Shown: one piece after another, positions 32,051 through 40,816 of the stretch
How the letters are laid out: each line of letters starts with the position of its first letter
Numbering within the stretch: the stretch's first letter is position 1
NCBI GenBank assembly: GCA_046292385.1
Contig: JBKBRF010000027.1
Span: forward strand, 1 to 62,177
Direction: 5' to 3'
From: Armatimonadota bacterium
GTDB lineage: Bacteria; Armatimonadota; SYMT01
Length of the DNA stretch: 62,177 bases
Translations under genes and position numbers: made by a program
Notes under the pieces: model-generated
The model's input: only the letters and a program-made list of their open reading frames with translations
What the model was told of the DNA's origin: nothing
Databases searched by the model: none

Positions 32051-32288
32051 GGATACTGTTGGCGAAATCAGCAGGGCAGGAGAATTACCGGCGCGCGAGC
32101 ACTCCGGCAAGGTTCCCCTGGCGGGGAAGCGGTGGCAAGCATTCGCACTCCACAGACTTCCCCGAGGCAGTCTCCCTTTCGACGAGAGGGAATCTCTTCC
32201 GGGCTAGCCTGTGGAGTGCGAATGCTTGCTTTCGCGCCCCGCGCCAGCGGGGCATCGGAGAAGCTTCCCGATTTCGCCAACAGTATCC
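32051..32288. mobile_element. MITE-like element with 19-bp perfect terminal inverted repeats and flanking direct repeat
   Basis: ggatactgttggcgaaatc (32051-32069) / gatttcgccaacagtatcc (32270-32288); GCAA on both flanks; no transposase. Confidence 0.75.
32135..32229. repeat. Inner 21-bp perfect inverted repeat (GCACTCCA REP pair)
   Basis: gcaagcattcgcactccacag (32135-32155) / ctgtggagtgcgaatgcttgc (32209-32229). Confidence 0.85.
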
Positions 32289-32349
32289 GCAAGCGCGTCA
32301 CTCCGGCAGTCTCCGCAGGGAGTCCCCTCTGGATTGGAGCGATGGCGAT

Positions 32350-32417
32350 TCGCCCGGCACAATGTTAGGTAAAGCGAGCCAGGCCAACCGCTACGCAATA
32401 CGGAATACGCACTACGC
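32350..32417. repeat. Dispersed repeat copy A (TCGCCCGGCAC...GGTAAA...(TACGNAA)n)
   Basis: Same blocks as 33547-33628, 57741-57814 (inverted) and 57819-57892. Confidence 0.8.
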
Positions 32418-33443
32418 GGAGACCGCCGGCACCGTCTCCACGCTGCCGCCCTCGATGGAGCGGATAGCGGCTTCGATCACTTCCTGCACTGCCAGGCCGT
32501 CCTCTCCGCTCGCCTCGATCTCCTCGCGGGGGACTCCGGCGGTGACCTGCTCCAGCCAGCGGTGGATGCGGCTCTTGAAGGTGGCCTGGAAGCCGGTGAT
32601 GCCGCCCATGATGCTGTTGCGGAGGACGGTCAGCTCGTCGCCACGGCGGGGATAGAAGGTGAGCTCCTCGAAGCAGTTGTCGAGCACGAACCGGCCTTCG
32701 GTGCCCATTACCTCGCAGCGCTCCAGGTTGTGGCGCGGGGCGGCGTCGTAGCTGCCGGTGAGGTGGCCGACCACTCCGTTCGCGAACTCCAGGTTCACCT
32801 GGGCGTTCGACCAGCAGACCCGCGGCTCGCCGTCCGCCTTCGGCGCGTGGTTGGCGAACGCCTGCACCCGGCGCACGTCGCCGCAGAAATAGCGCATGAT
32901 GTCGATCGAGTGGGGGTGGAGCGCCCGGAGGTGGAACCAGGGCGAGGTCTCGTTCGGGTTGTCGATCCACATCGTCATGTTGATGAGGAGGAGCTGCCCC
33001 AGGCGGCCCTCGCCGACCCACCCCTTCGCCTTCGCCGCGGGCGGCACGAAGCGGTGGTTCAGGTTGATCCCGAAGTAGAGCCCCTTCGCCGCGGCGGTGC
33101 GGACCATCTCCCGCGCCTGCTCGATGTCGTTGGAGATCGGCTTCTCGCAGAGGACGTGCTTTCCCGCCGCGAAGCTCTCCATCACCGGCTCGAAGTGGAA
33201 GCTGCCGTTCTCGAACCCGCCGGTGGCGACACTGGTCGCGTCGAGATCGACCGCCTCCAGCATCTCCCGCACGCTGTAGAAGGCGGGCACACCCCACTTC
33301 GCCGCCGCCTCATCCGCGCGGGCGCGGTCGATATCGCACACCGCCACCAGCTCGGAGAGGGGGTCGTTCCGATACACCTCCGCGTGGGTGTTCCCGATCG
33401 CCCGCATGCCGATCACGCCCACCCGCAGCTTCTTCTCGCTCAT
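32412..33443 (-). CDS. Gfo/Idh/MocA family oxidoreductase
   Basis: LRVGVIG, VAVCD, GKHVLCEKP, NHRF.P, H.IDIMRYFCG. Confidence 0.9.
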   Translation of the reverse strand: MSEKKLRVGVIGMRAIGNTHAEVYRNDPLSELVAVCDIDRARADEAAAKWGVPAFYSVREMLEAVDLDATSVATGGFENGSFHFEPVMESFAAGKHVLCEKPISNDIEQAREMVRTAAAKGLYFGINLNHRFVPPAAKAKGWVGEGRLGQLLLINMTMWIDNPNETSPWFHLRALHPHSIDIMRYFCGDVRRVQAFANHAPKADGEPRVCWSNAQVNLEFANGVVGHLTGSYDAAPRHNLERCEVMGTEGRFVLDNCFEELTFYPRRGDELTVLRNSIMGGITGFQATFKSRIHRWLEQVTAGVPREEIEASGEDGLAVQEVIEAAIRSIEGGSVETVPAVSA

Positions 33444-33546
33444 CAGGCCCGCACCTTTCGTCATCTATCGCGGGGTAGTTCGGCACCCGGCCGCGAGATT
33501 ACCTGCGGCCGCACCAGCAGGCAGCCGCGTTGCCGGACCGCAAGTC

Positions 33547-33628
33547 AGCACCTCGCCCGGCACGACGGTCCGGTAAAGCGGGTGAAGCCGATCGCTACGC
33601 ACTACGGAATACGAGATACGGAACGCTA
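33547..33628. repeat. Dispersed repeat copy B
   Basis: agcacctcgcccggcacgacg..ggtaaagcg..cgctacgcactacggaatacgagatacgg. Confidence 0.8.
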
Positions 33629-34516
33629 CATTGCCACCGGCAAGTCGTCCCGCTCCGTCCACTCGTTCCAGCTGCCGTCGTAATTGCTCAGGCGGGGATA
33701 GCCGAGCATGCTGAGGGCGAAGAGGACCGAGGTCGCGGCCACCCCGCCGTTGCAGTAGGCGACGATCTCGCGCTCCGGACCGATACCCCGCTCACGCAGC
33801 TCTTCCAGCATCTCGGCGGAGCCGCGGAAGGTGCCGTCGGCGTGGGTGAGCAGCTCTCGCGGGAAGCTGAGGGCGCCCGGGATGTGCCCGCCGCGGGGGC
33901 CGCGGCGCAGCTTTCCGGTGTACTGTCCTTCGTCTCGGGCGTCCAGGAGCAGGGTACCGGAATCGCCGAGGCGGGCCAGCACCTCCTCCGCCGTCTGCCG
34001 CCAGTCCGGCTGCACCCGCGGGGTGAGCTCGGCGGGCGGGAACGAGGGCGCCTCCGTGGAGACCGGCCGGCCTTCCGCGGTCCAGCGCTTCCAGCCGCCG
34101 TTCAGCACCCGGCAGCCCGGGTGTCCGTAGTAGCGGAGCAGCCACCAGAGACGGGTGGCGAACTGGCTGCTCGGGTGGTCGTCGTACGCCACCACCAGGG
34201 TGTCGTCTCCGATGCCGGCGGCGCCGAGCACCCGCGACAGCTTCTCGGGCGGAGCGGCCTGCACCTTCACCGGATCGGTATCCGAGACGAGATCGGTGGT
34301 CCAGTCGAGGTAGACCGCGCCGGGGACGTGGCCCGCCGCGTAGGCCTCCCGTGCGCCCAGGTAGTCGGCCGTCTGGTAGCCGGTCGCGTCGGTCTGCGTG
34401 CTCACTCGACCGCGCATGTCGACCACCCGCACCCGCGGGTCGGCCAGGTGCGCCTCCAGCCACTCCGGCTCCACCAGGTGCTCCGCTCGCAGCCGCTCCA
34501 GTACTTCCGTCGTCAA
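33626..34516 (-). CDS. Two-domain sulfurtransferase (rhodanese / SseA-like)
   Basis: YAAGHVPGAV, RLWWLLRYYGH, LNGG, GHIPGA, YCNGGVAA, YDGSWNEW. Confidence 0.92.
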   Translation of the reverse strand: MTTEVLERLRAEHLVEPEWLEAHLADPRVRVVDMRGRVSTQTDATGYQTADYLGAREAYAAGHVPGAVYLDWTTDLVSDTDPVKVQAAPPEKLSRVLGAAGIGDDTLVVAYDDHPSSQFATRLWWLLRYYGHPGCRVLNGGWKRWTAEGRPVSTEAPSFPPAELTPRVQPDWRQTAEEVLARLGDSGTLLLDARDEGQYTGKLRRGPRGGHIPGALSFPRELLTHADGTFRGSAEMLEELRERGIGPEREIVAYCNGGVAATSVLFALSMLGYPRLSNYDGSWNEWTERDDLPVAM

Positions 34517-34686
34517 CGCTTGCCCCTTCCGCGCTCAAACTGTCACTCGGTCTTCCGGCCGCCGACTGAGGTACCGGGAGCCTCGGAGCAGCGGGAGACG
34601 CATTCCCATTCACCCTTCTCGCGGGCCAACCCTGCGGAGGCGTAAGAGGTGACGAATTGGGGGTAATTCGTGCCGAGGAGAGAGAT

Positions 34687-36726
34687 ATGGCGAAAGTCGC
34701 GACGGCGATCCGACCGATCAAAGAGCTGTTCCCGTTTCCGCTGGATGAGTTCCAGCTCGACGCGATCGCCCGGATCGACGAGGGGCACAGCGTGCTGGTC
34801 TGCGCGCCCACCGGCTCCGGAAAGACGGTAATCGCCGAGTACGCGGTGCATCGAGCCCTGTCGGCGGGCAAGCGGCTCTTTTACACCACGCCGCTCAAGG
34901 CGCTCTCCAACCAGAAGTTCCGCGACCTGGGCGCGGCCCTGGGCGAGCACCGGGTGGGTCTGCTGACCGGCGACGTGAGCCTCAACCGGGACGCCGACGT
35001 GGTGGTGATGACCACGGAGGTCTTCCGGAACATGCTCTACGGCACCACCCTCGGGGCCGTGGAGACGAACCTGCGCGACGTCGACTTCGTGGTGCTGGAC
35101 GAGGTCCATTACATGAACGACGCCCAGCGGGGGACCGTCTGGGAAGAATCGATCATCTACTGCCCGCCGCAGGTGCAGCTGGTGGCGCTCTCCGCCACGG
35201 TCGCGAACGCGGTCGACATGGCGGCCTGGATGAACAAGGTCCACGGCGATACCACGCTGATCCTGAGCGATTACCGCCCCGTCCCGCTCCGCTTCCACTA
35301 CTACGACGGGCGCAATATGCGGTCGCTGCTCCGCCGGCAGCCGCGCACCGGCGACTTCAAGTCTCGGATCGACACCGATACGAGCCGCCGGCTGCGGCCG
35401 TGGGAGATGCAGGTCGATCCCTACGGCCTGGTGGAGGCGCTGGACGATCGGGAGATGCTCCCCGCGATCTACTTCGTCTTCAGCCGGAAAGGGTGCGACC
35501 AGGCGATGCACACCTGCGGGCACCTGCAGCTCCTCTCGGAAGAGGAGCAGGCGGAGGTGGAGCGATTCGTGGAGCGGTACGTGCGCGACTACCCCTCCGT
35601 GGCAGACCACGAGCACCTGCCGTATCTCTTCCGCGGCGTGGCGGCGCACCACGCGGGGCTGCTGCCGACCTGGAAGGTGCTGGTGGAGCGGCTCTTCCAG
35701 AAGGGGCTGATCAAGGTCGTCTTCGCCACCGAGACGCTGGCCGCCGGGATCAACATGCCGGCACGCAGTACGGTGCTCTCCAGCATCACCAAGCGGACCG
35801 ACGACGGCCATCGCACGCTCACCGCGAGCGAGTTCCTGCAGATGTCCGGCCGCGCCGGGCGGCGAGGGATGGATCCGGTGGGCCACGTGGTGATCGCGGC
35901 GAACCCGCGTCAGACGATGTCCGAGGCGCAGATGCTCGCCACGGCGCCGCCGGATCCGCTCGGCAGCCATTTCACGCCCACCTACGGGATGGTGTTGAAC
36001 CTGCTGCAGCGGCACACCCTGGAGGAGTGCGGCTTCCTGGTGTCCCGCAGCTTCGGGCAGTTCCTCGACGACGTGCGCCGCGCCAAGCGTCCCGCTCGCC
36101 GCCGGCAGCGGCCGGAGCGCCGCCGCGCGAGCCGAGAGGAGGGGGAGGCGCCCTCCGGCAACTGGCGCCGCTTCCTGGCGCTGAAAGACGTGCTGGAAGA
36201 CTTCGGCTACGTGGAGCACAACCACCCCACGCCCCCCGGCGTGACCGCCGCCTCGCTCCGCGCGGAGCACGAGCTGCTGGTGGCCGAGGCGCTCCTCTCC
36301 GGCGCGATGAACGCGCTCGAGCCGTCCGAGTTCGCCGGCGTGGTAACGGCGCTGGTGGGGGAGGAGCTGCGGCGGAACGCCTGGGTGAAGCTGCGCCCCA
36401 CCGGCGGTGCCGCGCGGTCGCTCCATCACCTGGTCCGCCTGGCGCGGCAGGTGCGCACCGTCCAGTGGCGGCACGGGCTGGAGCTGGAGACCCGCATCCA
36501 CGCCGACGCCACCGGCCTCACGCAGCTCTGGGCCTCCGAGAAGGAGTGGGAGCACGTGATGGAGTTCACCAACCTGGACGAGGGGGACGTGGTCCGGATC
36601 TTCCGGCGGACCGTCGACCTGCTGGAGCAGATCTACCACGCGCCGATGCTGGACGAGGACCTCCGCAAGGTGGCGCTGGAAGCGAAGCGCGTGATGGACC
36701 GGGAGCCGGTGAAGGAAGTGCTCTGA
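34687..36726 (+). CDS. helY: Ski2-like DEAD/DEAH RNA helicase with DSHCT domain (HelY-like)
   Basis: APTGSGKT, PLKALSNQK, DEVHY, LSATV, TETLAAGINMPA, QMSGRAGRRGMD, EGDVVR..RR..DLL.QI. Confidence 0.88.
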   Translation: MAKVATAIRPIKELFPFPLDEFQLDAIARIDEGHSVLVCAPTGSGKTVIAEYAVHRALSAGKRLFYTTPLKALSNQKFRDLGAALGEHRVGLLTGDVSLNRDADVVVMTTEVFRNMLYGTTLGAVETNLRDVDFVVLDEVHYMNDAQRGTVWEESIIYCPPQVQLVALSATVANAVDMAAWMNKVHGDTTLILSDYRPVPLRFHYYDGRNMRSLLRRQPRTGDFKSRIDTDTSRRLRPWEMQVDPYGLVEALDDREMLPAIYFVFSRKGCDQAMHTCGHLQLLSEEEQAEVERFVERYVRDYPSVADHEHLPYLFRGVAAHHAGLLPTWKVLVERLFQKGLIKVVFATETLAAGINMPARSTVLSSITKRTDDGHRTLTASEFLQMSGRAGRRGMDPVGHVVIAANPRQTMSEAQMLATAPPDPLGSHFTPTYGMVLNLLQRHTLEECGFLVSRSFGQFLDDVRRAKRPARRRQRPERRRASREEGEAPSGNWRRFLALKDVLEDFGYVEHNHPTPPGVTAASLRAEHELLVAEALLSGAMNALEPSEFAGVVTALVGEELRRNAWVKLRPTGGAARSLHHLVRLARQVRTVQWRHGLELETRIHADATGLTQLWASEKEWEHVMEFTNLDEGDVVRIFRRTVDLLEQIYHAPMLDEDLRKVALEAKRVMDREPVKEVL

Positions 36727-36794
36727 CGGGCTGTTTTCTCCGACACAGAGGGACACAGAAGAACCAACAGAGTAACACAGCAGTGGCTAGGAAG

Positions 36795-37113
36795 CTGGGG
36801 TTCGCCACTCGTGGACATACCGCGCAGATGCGCACTCGGGAGCGCGTCCTGTGGAACCCGGAGGCTCCGCCAAAGGCGGAGGTGGAGGGGTTCGCCTGTG
36901 AGGTCCCCTGGCGAGGGGGCCTCGCTTGAGCCGGACGGAGCGGCCCGTGAACCGCAGTACTGAGGCTGCCGCCGCACCAGATCGCGGGGCTCAGCCTGCC
37001 GGCTCGCACGCCCGGAGCAGTCCGCTAGCCCGCAGGGCGTGAAAGGACTGCGGGAGGGCCAAACACGCGGGAGGGCCGCTCCGGCAGGTTAGGGCCGGGG
37101 GGTGGAACCCCGG
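36795..37113 (+). ncRNA. Candidate large structured noncoding RNA of unassigned family (strand tentative)
   Basis: 600-bp gene-free gap containing a long-range closing helix (36795-36810 / 37100-37113) that encloses at least 6 nested helices, including a perfect 11-bp 36936-36946 / 37073-37083. Confidence 0.55.
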
Positions 37114-37213
37114 AAAGATGACGGCGACGCCAAGAGTCTCTCCTGCGACCAACTGCGGTTGACTCTCTGCAACGCTGTGCCCGTTGGCGTTCGGAAGCAA
37201 AAAGGAGTCCGAG

Positions 37214-37241
37214 GGAACCTTACTGAGAAGAGAGGGTCTAA
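37214..37241 (+). promoter_or_regulatory. ECF (sigmaE-type) promoter GGAACCT-N16-TCTAA
   Basis: Close match to the RpoE-type consensus, upstream of a Spy/CpxP-like gene. Confidence 0.65.
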
Positions 37242-37326
37242 CCACCCGGCCGCCCGCGATACTGAACCTGTGGGCGCGTCCCCCCGTCATGACGCTCAGA
37301 ACCCCCTTTGAAAGGAGTCTTCCCTC

Positions 37327-37770
37327 ATGAATCGCTGGATGACGACCCTGGCCGCCGGTGCGCTGGCCCTTAGCTTTACGGGCTCCGCGCTGGCCCAGGC
37401 CCCCGCCAAGCCGGCGCAGAAGCCCGCCGCGCAGGACGGTCAGCGCGCCCAGCGCGGCCAGCGCGGCCAGGCCCGCCTGAAGGCCGCTCTGGACAAGCTC
37501 GGGCTGACCGCGGACCAGAAGACGAAGGTCGACGCGCTGATGAAGAACCAGGCCGCGGAGATGAAGAAGCTCCGGGAAGCGCCGGGCACTCCGCAGGAGA
37601 AGCGCCCGAAGATGCGCGAGGCTGCCAAGCAGTTCCGCTCCAAGCTGGAAGCGATCCTGACTGCGGAGCAGAAGACGAAGCTGCGCGAGATGCAGCGCGA
37701 GGCGCGCCGCAACCGCCAGAACGGCGGCGCGCGCACCACGCCCGCCAAGCCGGCCGCCCCGAAGGCGTAA
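37327..37770 (+). CDS. Spy/CpxP-like periplasmic protein (LTxxQ motifs)
   Basis: AAAGGAG RBS, signal peptide ALAQA, LGLTADQK and ILTAEQK motifs. Confidence 0.8.
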   Translation: MNRWMTTLAAGALALSFTGSALAQAPAKPAQKPAAQDGQRAQRGQRGQARLKAALDKLGLTADQKTKVDALMKNQAAEMKKLREAPGTPQEKRPKMREAAKQFRSKLEAILTAEQKTKLREMQREARRNRQNGGARTTPAKPAAPKA

Positions 37771-37793
37771 GCGAGCCCCAGTCTCAAATCCAG

Positions 37794-37832
37794 AGAAGCC
37801 CCCGGCACGATCACTCGCGTCCGGGGGCTTCT
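37794..37832 (+). terminator. Intrinsic/bidirectional terminator
   Basis: agaagcccccgg / ccgggggcttct stem. Confidence 0.7.
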
Positions 37833-37865
37833 TCCATTGGAGAGCCGTCTCCCGCTCACCCGGAT

Positions 37866-38345
37866 CTATCCGGAGCTGCAGAAGTTCCGATCTTCAGCGT
37901 CGTCCGGATTACCGACGAACAGCTCGAAGTCGGAAGCCAGACGCAGGCGTGAGATCTCCGCCTGTACCTCATCCGAAGAGAGCGCGGCAGCACACGCCCG
38001 CAGGATCAGGTCGGTGGCTGCTTCCGCCGCGTCCGGACTCTCCGCGACCCGCGCCTGCCAGTACGTCCGCATCCGCTCTCGCCAGACCTGCGTCTCGCTC
38101 CAGGAATCTTCAGCATCTTCGGAGTCGGTGAGCGGATAGAGCTCCCACTCGCCGATCTCCCACTTTCCGGCCTCGTCCTGGTCGGTCAGCACCGCCAGAT
38201 CAAGAATGCCGTGCCAGGGGTGACAGTCTACCACCAGCGCGCTGAGCTCGTACTCCCGAAGCTGCTCGTGCCGCTTCTGCAACTCCTTTACGATGCTCCG
38301 GGACAGCTCCCTGGCGAACTCGGTTGCGTCAAACTCGGGTGTCAA
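37866..38345 (-). CDS. Acidic hypothetical protein (possibly orphan immunity-like)
   Basis: TTG start with a GGGAGGGA RBS; acidic, Trp-rich, globular composition. Confidence 0.6.
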   Translation of the reverse strand: MTPEFDATEFARELSRSIVKELQKRHEQLREYELSALVVDCHPWHGILDLAVLTDQDEAGKWEIGEWELYPLTDSEDAEDSWSETQVWRERMRTYWQARVAESPDAAEAATDLILRACAAALSSDEVQAEISRLRLASDFELFVGNPDDAEDRNFCSSG

Positions 38346-38548
38346 TCCGTCCCTCCCGATCCAATCCGCCCCAAACAGGGGTGCCGTGGGCTCACTGACG
38401 GCGCCTGATCACGCTAGAGCTAAGTGAGCGAGCAGGCGCGTGGATGCTTTCGCTGGGCCGCAGCGGAACACCTTCAGGCGCTGGTGGGAGCGGCCGAAGT
38501 TGCACTCGATCCCGGGGGAGGGGTGACGCCGGTAAAAATGCGGCGAAG

Positions 38549-39205
38549 CTACGCCGAAGTGGGAGGCAGCACTCGGACCCGCCGGCCTTCGATCCGCAGC
38601 CGCCCTTCGGCGAAGAGCCGGATCGCCTCCGGATAGGCCTGGTGCTCCTGCGTGAGCACGCGAGCGGCGAGGGTCTCGACGGTGTCGTCCTCTTCTACGG
38701 GCACCACCCGCTGGAGGATGATCGGGCCGTGGTCGTACTGGGCGTCGACGAACTGGATCGTCACGCCGGTCACCTTGGCGCCGCTCTCCAGCACGCCCTC
38801 GTGGACCTTCCGCCCGAAGCAGCCCTTCCCGCCGAACGCGGGCAGCAGCGAGGGGTGGACGTTCATGATCCGGCCGGAGTAGCGGGAGAGGAACTTCGGG
38901 CCGAGGAGCCGCATGTAGCCGGCCAGGCAGACCAGCTCCACTCCGGCCTCCTCAAAGGCGTCCGCCAGCGCGGTATCCAGCGCGTCGGCGTCCGGGTGCT
39001 CCGCGGGAGAGACCAGCCGGGCCGGAACACCCGACTCCCGTGCCCGCTCCAGCGCCGGGGCTCCGGGGGAGGTGCTGAGCACCAGCGCCACCTCGCCGGG
39101 TACGCGCCCGTCACGGGTGGCATCGATAATCGCCTGCATGTTGCTGCCGCGGCCCTTGCCGGAGAGCAGGATCCCGATGCGGAGGGGAGAGGCTGGGGGA
39201 TTCAC
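38549..39205 (-). CDS. purN: Phosphoribosylglycinamide formyltransferase
   Basis: SGKGRGSNMQA, LAGYMRLL, NVHPSLLPAFGG, YDHGPII. Confidence 0.95.
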   Translation of the reverse strand: MNPPASPLRIGILLSGKGRGSNMQAIIDATRDGRVPGEVALVLSTSPGAPALERARESGVPARLVSPAEHPDADALDTALADAFEEAGVELVCLAGYMRLLGPKFLSRYSGRIMNVHPSLLPAFGGKGCFGRKVHEGVLESGAKVTGVTIQFVDAQYDHGPIILQRVVPVEEDDTVETLAARVLTQEHQAYPEAIRLFAEGRLRIEGRRVRVLPPTSA

Positions 39206-39247
39206 GTCTTGTGGGCTGAGTGGGGAAACGGGGTGTCGTTAGCAGGG

Positions 39248-39322
39248 CTGCAGGTTGCAAGCTCCAGGTTAAGCCAGCCGACGGCCGGAAACCTGCAAAC
39301 CTGCAACCTGCGAACCTGCAAC
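39248..39322. repeat. Heptamer-based inverted array (CAGGTTN)n...(AACCTGN)n
   Basis: caggtt units on the left, four aacctg units on the right; a second copy at 56605-56698. Confidence 0.8.
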
Positions 39323-39325
39323 AGA

Positions 39326-40816
39326 TTAGACGAGAACGGGCTCGCGGCCCGGGAGCGGCTCTTCGAGGGCGAACTTGGAGACCTTGACGTCGTGCGGGAT
39401 CTCGATCGGGTAGTTGCCGGTGAAGCAGGCGGTGCAGAACTTGTCGCCCTTCATGCCGACCGCCCGCTTGAGGCCGTTGACACTCAGGAAGCCCAGGCTA
39501 TCCGCGCCGATGTGCTTCCGGATCTCCTCGATCGTCTTCCTGGCGGCAATCAGGTCCTTCTGGTCCGCCATGTCGATGCCGTAGAAGCAGGGCCACTTCA
39601 CCGGGGGCGAGCTGATGCGGACGTGGACCTGCGTGGCGCCGGCCTCGCGGATCAGCTTGACGATCTGCCCGGTGGTGGTGCCGCGGACGATCGAGTCGTC
39701 TACCATCACCACGCGGCGGCCGGCCAGGTTCTCCTTGAGCGGGCTCAGCTTCATCCGCACGCCCAGCTCCCGCATGCGCTGGTCCGGCTCGATGAAGGTG
39801 CGGCCGATGTAGCGGTTCTTGATCAACCCTTCGCCGAACGGGATCTTGGTCGCCTCGCTGAAGCCGATCGCGGCCGGGACGCCGGTATCCGGCACGGGGA
39901 TCACGATGTGGGCGTCCACCGGATGCTCCGCGGCGAGCTCGTGACCCATCCGGCGGCGCGTGGCGTGGAGCGAGCGGCCGTAGATATGGCTGTCCGGGCG
40001 CGCCAGGTAGATGAACTCGAAGACGCACATCGCGGGGCGCTGCGGGAATAGCGGCGGGAACTCCAGCACGCCTTCCTTCCCGATCACCACCAGCTCGCCC
40101 GGCTCGATCTCCCGGATCAGGCGGGCGCCGACCACGTTCAGCGCGCAGGTCTCCGAGGAGACGACGTAGCCGGAGCCGTTGAACCCGGCGAGGCAGAGCG
40201 GCCGGATGCCGTTCGGGTCGCGGAACGCCAGGATCTGGTCGTTGGTGAGCACCACCACGGAGTAGGCGCCCTCCACGCAGGCCATCGTCTCCCGCACCGC
40301 GCGGACGATGTCGCCGCGGTGGAGACTGGCGATGCACTTGGCCAGCACCTCGCTGTCGTTCGTCGTCTCGAACGAGATCCCGTCCGCCTCCAGCTCCTGT
40401 CGAAGCTGGCGGGTGTTGACGATGTTCCCGTTGTGCGCCACCGCGATCGGGCCGTGGGGCGTCTCGACGACGATCGGCTGCGCGTTGCACAGGATGCTGG
40501 AGCCGGTGGTGGAGTAGCGCGTGTGGCCGATGGAGATGCTGCCGCGGAGTCGCGCCAGGCTCTCCTCGGTGAACACCTGGTTCACGAGCCCCATGTCCTT
40601 GTGGCAGGCGATGCGCTCGCCGTTGGAAACGGCGATGCCCGCGCTCTCCTGCCCCCGGTGCTGGAGCGCGTAGAGCCCGAAGTAAGTGAAGCGCGCCGTC
40701 TCGGTGCCCGGCGCATACATTGCGAACACGCCGCACTCGTCGTGCGGCCGGTCCAGGTCCGGATCGAAGTGGGCCAGGTCTATGGCGCCATCGCTGCTGG
40801 GATAGTCCGCTCCCAT
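39326..40816 (-). CDS. purF: Amidophosphoribosyltransferase
   Basis: DECGVF, LQHRGQESAG, GHTRYSTTG, HNGN, VDDSIVRGTT, PCFYGIDM, CTACFTG. Confidence 0.97.
   Translation of the reverse strand: MGADYPSSDGAIDLAHFDPDLDRPHDECGVFAMYAPGTETARFTYFGLYALQHRGQESAGIAVSNGERIACHKDMGLVNQVFTEESLARLRGSISIGHTRYSTTGSSILCNAQPIVVETPHGPIAVAHNGNIVNTRQLRQELEADGISFETTNDSEVLAKCIASLHRGDIVRAVRETMACVEGAYSVVVLTNDQILAFRDPNGIRPLCLAGFNGSGYVVSSETCALNVVGARLIREIEPGELVVIGKEGVLEFPPLFPQRPAMCVFEFIYLARPDSHIYGRSLHATRRRMGHELAAEHPVDAHIVIPVPDTGVPAAIGFSEATKIPFGEGLIKNRYIGRTFIEPDQRMRELGVRMKLSPLKENLAGRRVVMVDDSIVRGTTTGQIVKLIREAGATQVHVRISSPPVKWPCFYGIDMADQKDLIAARKTIEEIRKHIGADSLGFLSVNGLKRAVGMKGDKFCTACFTGNYPIEIPHDVKVSKFALEEPLPGREPVLV

Noticed and set aside
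31822..32655. ORFs across the MITE region as a transposase
   Set aside because: No DDE or HUH motifs; translations reflect the inverted repeats
33626..34516. Rhodanese as sulfur donor for the GG-ending protein
   Set aside because: About 14 kb away, a generic SseA-type enzyme, with no evidence of linkage
36944..37025. SRP RNA (CCCGTGAACC ... GGAGCAG)
   Set aside because: The helix-8 CAGG-CCGGAAGG-AGCAGC motif is absent
36936..37083. Twister ribozyme resemblance (GCCGGCTCGCACGCCCGG ... GCGGGAGGG)
   Set aside because: Lacks the UAA at the cleavage loop, the GC after P2 and the UCCCAAGC-type loop; kept only as part of the unassigned RNA
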